Shown one piece after another: positions 1-5,907 of a stretch of 5,907 bases of DNA; within the stretch, counting starts at the first letter, position 1, and every line of letters begins with the position of its first letter. The notes beneath the pieces are model-generated. The model ran no database searches and was not told the DNA's origin. It was given only the letters and a program-made list of their open reading frames with translations. Position numbers and translations under genes: made by a program. Source of the DNA: Fonticula alba ATCC 38817 (Eukaryota; Protista; Nucleariida); assembly GCA_000388065.2 (NCBI GenBank), contig KB932212.1; one strand, 5' to 3'.

Positions 1-23
1 CCCCCCCCCCCATCTGGCGGCAG
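1..23 (+). other. 3' end of a putative intron (poly-C, then CAG acceptor at 21-23), truncated by the window start
   Basis: C11 at 1-11, then ATCTGGCGGCAG. An exon starting at 24 is phase 0 in the ELP1 frame, matching the phase-0 donor at 5873. The other AG (36-37) would be phase 2 and does not fit. The frame is also open through 1-23, so the exact boundary is unproven. Confidence 0.6.
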
Positions 24-2222
24 TTTTCCGTCGACAGCGTGCGCCGGGTCTTCTCGACCAACACGCCCGGGCTGTCGGTGGCGCGGCTGGTAGCGGCGCC
101 GGTGGCACGCCCGGCCATCAAGGCGCCGGGCGCCCCGGTGCGCGACCTCCAGTCCGACGCGGCCTTCGTCCTGCCCCGGTGCACGGCCTACATGTGCCTG
201 TCTTCGGGCCTGGTGGCCGGGTTGCTGGTTGCCCCGGACCCCGGGCCGGCCACCGTGGTGCCGCTCCTCTGTCTGCCGGGGCACCTGTCGCAGGTGCAGC
301 TGATCGAACGGCCCGCGGCCGGCGGCGGCGGCGGCGACGACCACGACGAGGACGACGGCCTGGCCATGGTGGCCCTGTCGGAATTCGGGGCCCTCTATCT
401 GAATGACTGCCTGCTGAGTGGCCCGGCCGAGCCGGATGCCCTGGCCGCGCGGGGCGCCTTCGCCGGGCTCTTCTCCGCGGCCTCGGCCCAGCCGGCCGGC
501 AGCCCCTCGCAGGTGAGCTCGCTGGCCGTGCACGGGTCCTTCCTCCTGTGGACCACCACCGGCAGCCTGCGCGTCCTGCCGCTGGCAGGGCCGATGTCCC
601 TGACCGGGGCCCTGCAGCTGGTGGCGGCCGTGGACGACACGGATCCCCTGGGGCCGGTGCTGCTGGCCGGGGCCGGGGCCGGGGCCGGGGCCGGGCTGAC
701 GGACGCGGCGGCCAGCGCGCGCTTCTGCGAGCGCGGCGGCCGCCTGGTGGCCGCCGTGCCGGCCGGCGTGACGGTCCTGCTGGAAATGCCCCGCGGCAAT
801 TTGGAAACCGTGCACCCGCGGCCGCTGGTGCTCTTCTGCATCCGGGGGCTGCTGGACGCCCGGGAGTATGGCCCGGCCCTGGCGCTGGCCCGGCGCCACC
901 GGGTGGACATGAATGTCCTGGTGGATCACCGGCCGGAGCAATTCTTCGCCGACATGGCCCGGGTGGTGGATGCGCTGCTGGCCGCGCCGCGTCTCGGTGC
1001 TGGCGCCGGCCCGGGGGCCGATGTCCTGAGCGCCTTCCTGGCGGATCTCGTGGACGAGTATCGCCGGGACTCGCCGGACCAGGAGCCGGCCGCCACCGGC
1101 AAGATCAACGCCGTGTGCACCGAGGTGGCGGCGGTGCTGCGCGCCCGGGCGGACCTCACCCCGGAGGCCGACGCGGCCCTGGTGACGGCGCTCATGCGCC
1201 GCCGCCCGGCCGATGTGGATGAGGCCATGCGCGTGGTGCAGGCCCGCAGCGGCGAGGCGGCCGGGCGGCTGCTCCGCCATGCGGCGGCCCTGGTCCGGCC
1301 GCGGGCCCTCTACACGGCGGCCCTGCGGCTGCATGACCTGGACCTGGCCCTGCGCGCGGCCCCGCTGGACCCGCTGCACGATCCGCGCGAGTATCTGCCG
1401 CTGCTGCAGGCGGTGGCGGCCGTGCCGCCCGGTCCGACGCGGGCCTTCCGCCTGGAGCACCATCTGGCCCGGCATGACCGGGCCTTGGGGTTCCTGGCGG
1501 CCTCGGTGGCCGGGCAGCCGGCCGCCAGCCTGGCCGAAGTGGCGGCATATGCCCATGCGCATGGTCTCCACCGGGAGGCCCTGCGCCGGCATGCGCTCCT
1601 GTGCCCGGTGGGCCAGGTCCCGGTGACCCCCTTCTCCGGGCAGGCCGGGCTCCCGGGCAAGAGCACCTTCCTGGCGTCGGTGGCCCCGGCGGCGTCGGGC
1701 GCCGATGCGTGGGGCACTTGGCCGGCCGGCCAGCGGGCCGATCTGCTGGTCCTCTTTGCCGGGGCCCTGGCCGCCGGGGGCCAGCAGCAGCCGCAGCACC
1801 ATCTCGAGGCGGCTGTGGCCTTCGAGCTGGCCGGGCACCTGGACTCGGCCGCCGAGCAGTATGCCCTGGCGCTTGACATCCACTCGCTGCTGGACCTGCC
1901 GCTGGCGGACACCCTGCCGGCGGATGCCCTCCTGGGGATGGCCGGGCTGCATGAGCGCCCGGCGGCCGGCGCCTTCCCGGCCAGCCTGCGGGCCTTCACC
2001 GCGGCCGCGCTGACAGCCGGGCGCGACCGGGCCCCGGAGTCTGATGGCCTGGCTCGCGTGGTTGCCCGGCGTCGCGACGCGGCCGAGCGTGCTCTCGAGC
2101 GCCTCCAGGCCGCCGGGAACCTGATCGACGCGGCGACCGCCGCCCTCGACGGACTCGGCGATCTGGAGCGCGCGGTCGAGCTGCTGGTGTCCGGGTCCTT
2201 CTGGACCGCGGCCGAGAAGCTG
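24..2222 (+). CDS. ELP1: ELP1 exon, C-terminal half part 1: rest of WD40 propeller 2, MPRGNLE motif and TPR/alpha-solenoid. Internal exon; the GTG at 39 is not a real start.
   Basis: Recognisable Elp1/IKI3 motifs: ALSEFGALYLND, VSSLAVHGSFLLWTT, ERGGRLVAAVP, EMPRGNLETVHPRPLVL (ATG at 786), RRHRVDMNVLVDH, DPREYLPLL, FRLEHHLARHDRAL, LERAVELLVSGSFWTAAEKL. Ends at a GTACGT donor at 2223. Confidence 0.95.
666..695 (+). repeat. (GCCGGG)5 hexamer repeat encoding (Ala-Gly)5
   Basis: Five exact copies at 666-695; G-runs at 669-672, 675-678, 681-684, 687-690 and 693-695. Confidence 0.95.
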
Positions 2223-2389
2223 GTACGTTGCGCCCACACCCTTGCACGCGGCCTGCCGCCCACTTGGCCGGCCCAACTGACCGCGCTCCCTCCTCCCTTG
2301 GGCCACCACGCGGCTGGCCGGCTGGCTCGGGCTGGCTATTCCCCCCTGCACACACGCACGCGCGCCACAACGCCCGAACGGCACCACAG
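2223..2389 (+). other. Spliceosomal intron, 167 nt, phase 0
   Basis: GTACGT...CACCACAG. Removal gives WTAAEKL|CAAYDRPDLLVTHVQPGLL, matching the Elp1 pattern (human [23 protein letters not shown], from memory). The unspliced frame stops at 2423. CTGAC at 2277-2281. Confidence 0.93.
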
Positions 2390-3113
2390 TGCGCGGCATA
2401 CGACCGCCCGGATTTGCTCGTGACGCATGTGCAGCCCGGGCTCCTGGCCGCCGAGCAGGACCTGACGTCGCACTGTGCCGACCTGGTGGACAGCCTGACC
2501 GAGCGCTTCGACCGGGTGGACCGGCTCCGCGCCGACCGCCGGGCCAAGCAGGAGGCCGATGCCCAGGAGCTGGCCGCCTCGCTGGACCGGTACCTGGCCC
2601 TGGCCGATGGCGAGGGGGACGGCCCCGGGGCCGGGTTCGCCCATGAGGACGCCGTCAGCGAGGCCGGCACCGCCACCACCAGCGCCAGTGCCGCGGGCTT
2701 TTCCCACTCGAGCGCCTCCTCCCGGTCGCTGCGCAGTAACACCACCCGGGCCACGGTCAAGGCCGAGGGCAAGCGCCGGCGCAAGGCGGCTCGGTCGCGC
2801 CTGCGCAGCCGCCCCGGGTCCCCTTACGAAGAGGCCCGTCTGCTGGTGTCCATCGCGAGGGATTGCGCCGGGCTGCTGGCGGCCGGGGACCCGTGCCGGT
2901 CGCAGCGCCTCCTGGTGGAAGCCCTCCTCCGGCAGGGGCTCCACCGGGAGGCGGCCAGCGCCCAGGCCGCCTTCCGCCAGGTTCTGCGCCTGGTCCAGGC
3001 CCGGCTCGAGGCCGCCTTCGACCAGTATGAGGCCCCGCCGCTGGAGGTCGATCCGCATGGCGAGAATGCCGAGCGCACAGCCGCCGAGATCGAGGTCATG
3101 CAGGCGCTTGTCC
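2390..3113 (+). CDS. ELP1: ELP1 exon, C-terminal half part 2: coiled segment, S/T-rich region, basic region and start of the dimerisation domain. No stop codon.
   Basis: DAVSEAGTATTSASAAGFSHSS, then KAEGKRRRKAARSRLRSRPGSPYEEARLL (Elp1 basic region plus GSPxE motif), then EALLRQGLHREAASAQAAF. The 3' end is set at a GTACGT donor (3114), after which the sequence becomes low-complexity pyrimidine DNA. Confidence 0.88.
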
Positions 3114-3180
3114 GTACGTATGCGGCCGGGGGCTCTCCCCGGTGGTTCTCCCTGCCCCCTTCGCGCTTGCCTGCCTCCCT

Positions 3181-3186
3181 TCTTCC

Positions 3187-3216
<30 letters not shown>
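3181..3216 (+). repeat. (TCTTCCTCT)3 plus (TCT)3 pyrimidine microsatellite just left of the gap
   Basis: Read directly from the sequence. Confidence 0.9.
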
Positions 3217-3217
<1 letters not shown>

Positions 3218-3233
3218 GCTTTTCTTCTTCCTC

Positions 3234-3243
3234 NNNNNNNNNN
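3234..3243. other. Scaffold gap, 10 N
   Basis: Exactly 10 Ns, probably a placeholder rather than a measured length. It separates the two ELP1 halves. Confidence 0.98.
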
Positions 3244-3355
3244 AGCGCCATGCACTTTCCCCTACCTCGACCTTGCCTCCCCCTCCCCCTCCCGTGTCCT
3301 CTTGCCCCCGCGCCGCTCCACACGCCCACGCCCGCACGCCTCTCTCCCTCTTTGC

Positions 3356-3375
3356 CTCTCTCTCTCTCTCTCTCT
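3356..3375 (+). repeat. (CT)10 microsatellite
   Basis: Read directly from the sequence. Confidence 0.92.
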
Positions 3376-3463
3376 TGGTGCCTCCCTCGGCGAGCACCCT
3401 CCTCTCCTTCCCCCCACCCCACACACGCACACGCGCATACGCACACGCCAGCGCGCACAGCAG

Positions 3464-3472
3464 GCACCATGG
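3464..3472 (+). promoter_or_regulatory. Kozak-type context GCACCATGG around ATG 3469
   Basis: Purine at -3 and G at +4; in frame with the ELP1 N-terminal exon. Confidence 0.6.
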
Positions 3473-4324
3473 CCGTCTCGTCATACGGCCCGTCGGCCAT
3501 GCGGTCGGCTGTCATTGCCTCGGTGGAGTCCTACGGCTCCGAGTTCGCCAGCAGCCAGGCCAGCGCGGCCGCCAGCCGGACACTGGCTGAGCGGATCATC
3601 TCCCCCGCGTGGGCCAGCCACTTCACCGGCCCGGAGCATCTTCTCCCGCCGGGCGACGTGACCCACGTCCGGCCGCTGGACCCCCAGCGCCTGGCCGTGG
3701 CCACCAGCGAGGGCTGGCTGGCCATCTTCGGTCAGGAGGGGCCGGGATCGGCCGATGGCGCGGCGGCCGCGGCCGCCATCCCCCCGGGGCCCTGGGCACC
3801 GGATGCCGAGGCCGCGGCGCTGGCGCACGCGCGGGCCGGGCTGCTGGGCCGGCCGACGCTGTTCCGGCTGTTTGCCCTGGCCCCCGGGCTGCCGGTGGAC
3901 GCCTTCGTCTGTGTGCAGTACCTGCCCGAGGTGGATCGGCTTTTCGTGGCCCTGGCCGAGGGGGACCTGTACACGGTGGACTTGGCCCCGGCCGATGGGG
4001 CCGGGTTCCCGAGCGAAGGGGACCCCTTCGGGGACCCGCTGGCGGCCGGGGCCCTGGGCCTGGCCGGCCCGGCGGCCGGCCACCACCATGACGACGTGCT
4101 GACCAAGTACCGGGGGTATTTGGCGTCCTCGGACGAGTCCTTCCCCCGGCAGACCACCGAGCAGATTGGCTCGGTGGAGGGCGGCCTCCGGGCGGCCGAG
4201 TGGGCCCCGGCCGGCGACCGGGTGGTCCTGGTCACCGGCCTCGGGCAGCTGCTGCTTCTGTCGAGCGCGCCGGACTTCGAGGTCCTCTCGGAGTTTGATC
4301 TGCTGCAGGCCGAGCAGGCCGAGG
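3469..4324 (+). CDS. ELP1: ELP1 first coding exon, WD40 propeller 1. Start at ATG 3469, or alternatively ATG 3499.
   Basis: MRSAVIAS resembles the usual Elp1 start MRNL. Motifs VQYLPEVDRLFVALAEGDL and EQIGSVEGGLRAAEWAPAGDRVVLVTGLGQLLLLSSAPDFEVLSE correspond to Elp1 VGSVxxGIxxxxWSPDxE...DFE. Ends at a GTGCGT donor at 4325. Confidence 0.88.
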
Positions 4325-4478
4325 GTGCGTCGTGGTGCTCTGTTGCCCTGCTCTCTTCGCTCCTCTCGCTCCTGCTCCCCCCCCCCTTTCTGCTTCCTCT
4401 TCTGCCTCCTCTCTCCCCTCCTCTGCCGCCCATGCACCGGCCTCTGACACACATGCAAAATGCCCGCACACGAAACAG
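4325..4478 (+). other. Spliceosomal intron, 154 nt, phase 1
   Basis: GTGCGT...GAAACAG; C10 at 4377-4386; branch-like CTGAC at 4444-4448. Removal gives QAEQAEG|APVSVGWGRRETQFHG, restoring the Elp1 GWGxxETQFHG motif in frame. Confidence 0.95.
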
Positions 4479-5872
4479 GCGCCCCGGTGTCCGTAGGCTG
4501 GGGCCGGCGCGAGACGCAGTTCCACGGCAAGGCCGGCAAGCACAGTGCCCGGCTGGCGGCCGAGCGTCTGGAGCAGGTCCTGGCCCAGAGCCAGAGCCTC
4601 CTGTCGCCGGCTGATGACGGCGGCGTGCGGGTGTCCTGGCGCGGCGATGGGGCCCTCTTCGCGGTGTCCTGCACGACGACCGCCGGGCTTGGCTCGGACC
4701 CGGGGGCCGCGGCGGCGGCCGGCGGCAAGGAGCGCCGCGTGGTGCGCATCTTCTCCCGGGCCGGGGCTCTCCAGGCGCAGACCGGGATGCTGCCCTTCCT
4801 GGAGCACACGCTGGCCTGGCGCCCGGCCGGGAACCTGCTGGCCGCCACCCAGCGCCTGGACAGCGGCCACCAGCGGGTGGTCTTCTTCGAGCGCAATGGC
4901 CTCGAGCATGGGCACTTTTTCCTGCGGTCGCCGGCGCTCGACCGGCTGGCCACCGCCGCCGGCACCGCCGCCGGGCCCGAGGTTCGCTCCGCCGGCAATG
5001 CCATGCCGGATCCGATCCCGGCCCGGGCGCTGACCGGGCACGTGCTTGGGCTCCAGTGGAGCGCCGACTCCACCGTGCTGGCGGTCCTGCTGGAGGCCAG
5101 CCATGCCGACACCGGGCCCGAGGCCGACGCGGCCCCGGTGCAAGTCCTCCAGCTGTGGACCATGGCCAACTACCACTACTACCTGGAGCAGGAGCTGGTG
5201 TTCGGCGGGTCGGCCGACACCGGCACCCGGGCGGCCATGCTGCTGGGTCTCGGTTCCTCCCCGGCGGGGCCGCGCCCGGTGGAGCACTTGCGCCTGACCG
5301 CCCTGCAGTGGGACCCGGACCGGCCGCTGCGCCTGTACCTGGGCCTGGCCGGGGTCTGGGGCTGCTCGGAGCCCGGGTTCCCGGAGGAGGCCGGGCTCCT
5401 GGCCCGGGTGGACCTGTCCTTCGGGGTGGCACGCGACGACCGGCCCGGGCCCCTGAACTGGGCCACCGTGGCCGTGACCGATGGCGAGGTCCTCCGGCTG
5501 ACGCCCCTGCGCACGGCCAATGTCCCCCCGCCGATGGCCCTGCACACGGTGCACTTCCGTGCCGCCGTCCGGCATGTGGCCTTCGCGCCGACCTTCGCCG
5601 CGGATGTGGTGGCCCCATCGCCGGACGACCGGCCCACTCGGCTGCTGGCCCTGCTGGCCTCCGGGGACCTGGCCTGTGTGGCGTACACCCGCGGCCCTGG
5701 GGCCTGCCCGGTGGCGCACTACCTGCCGATTGCGCAGCCCGATGCGCAGGTCATCCTGGCCGGGGCCCGGCAGCTGGTGTGGGTGTCGGCCGTCCTGGCC
5801 CTGGCCGTGGTGGGCGTCAGCGATGTGTACGCCATCGCCCTCGGCCGCGCCGGCGCCGGGCACTCGGAAACC
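4479..5872 (+). CDS. ELP1: ELP1 second coding exon: end of WD40 propeller 1 and first part of propeller 2. Absent from the supplied ORF track.
   Basis: Manual translation (codons from 4481) is stop-free and contains VGWGRRETQFHGKAGK, VSWRGDGALFAVS, RRVVRIFSRAG, LAWRPAGNLLA, VVFFERNGLEHGHF, LQWSADSTVLAV, QLWTMANYHYYLEQ and VAVTDGEVLRLTPLRTANVPPPM. It ends ...GHSET before a GTGCGT donor. Confidence 0.96.
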
Positions 5873-5876
5873 GTGC

Positions 5877-5907
<31 letters not shown>
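5873..5907 (+). other. 5' end of a putative intron (GTGCGT donor, phase 0), running into C28 and truncated by the window end
   Basis: Same donor hexamer as at 4325; poly-C at 5880-5907; the confirmed intron at 4325 also carries a C10 run. Confidence 0.75.

Larger units (their letters stand above)
3114..3460 (+). other. Putative intron, or the halves of two different introns, spanning the assembly gap
   Basis: GTACGT donor identical to that at 2223; C/T-rich body; CA-rich tail ending GCGCGCACAG, like the two confirmed introns. The true length is unknown because of the Ns. Confidence 0.6.

Noticed and set aside
2223-2423. Stop at 2421-2423 as the end of a 794-aa protein or as a pseudogenising lesion
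   Set aside because: It is reached only by reading through the 2223-2389 intron; splicing restores Elp1 homology.
395-2784. Minus-strand ORFs and short alternative-frame plus-strand ORFs over the C-terminal exons
   Set aside because: Arg/Pro/Gly/Ala-rich frames expected at this GC content; they overlap clear ELP1 coding sequence.
3250-3468. In-frame upstream ATG at 3250 adding 73 aa (MHFPLPRP...)
   Set aside because: The extension is translated CT and CA repeat sequence with intron-like composition ending in an acceptor, and it lacks the codon bias of the exons.
2336-3515. Minus-strand ORFs with poly-Lys/Arg or poly-Glu runs and the plus-strand poly-Ser ORF from 3142
   Set aside because: Translations of the TCT/CT microsatellites that read through Ns of unknown length.
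3481-5863. Long minus-strand ORFs (3481-5169, 3732-5618, 4232-5863, 5179-5688)
   Set aside because: Shadow ORFs of a GC-rich coding strand. 4232-5863 is in codon register with the ELP1 exon and stays open because TTA/CTA/TCA sense codons are rare. No recognisable domains.
5873-5907. Poly-proline tract or telomere-like end
   Set aside because: A GTGCGT donor precedes the run, poly-C occurs in another intron of this gene, and there is no telomeric repeat unit. A short poly-Pro read-through is not formally excluded.
1-5907. Two complete tandem ELP1 paralogues, a prokaryotic origin, or a mobile element
   Set aside because: The halves share no overlapping segment. Spliceosomal introns and Elp1 are eukaryotic. 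No transposase, terminal repeats or CRISPR-like arrays were seen.

Overview
GC-rich eukaryotic genomic DNA. All coding sequence belongs to one intron-containing gene, Elongator complex subunit 1 (ELP1/IKI3/IKBKAP), but its two halves are in reverse order. Bases 24-3113 encode the C-terminal half (rest of the second WD40 propeller, MPRGNLE motif, TPR/alpha-solenoid, S/T-rich and basic region). After a 10-N gap (3234-3243), bases 3469-5872 encode the N-terminal half. The halves do not overlap and appear collinear when 5872 is joined to 24 via an intron broken in poly-C at both window ends, giving at least 1724 codons. The region 3114-3460 also looks like one intron, and it would splice the C-terminal half in frame onto the start of the N-terminal half, so the exons close into a stop-free 5181-nt (1727-codon) circle. 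The simplest explanation is two contigs scaffolded in the wrong order, with a 5' UTR exon and the last exon lying elsewhere. A collapsed tandem duplication, a circular DNA or a truly permuted gene cannot be excluded from sequence alone. The supplied ORF track misses the 4479-5872 exon. The taxon cannot be fixed; a GC-rich protist such as Fonticula is only a guess. No RNA genes, mobile elements or CRISPR arrays were seen.
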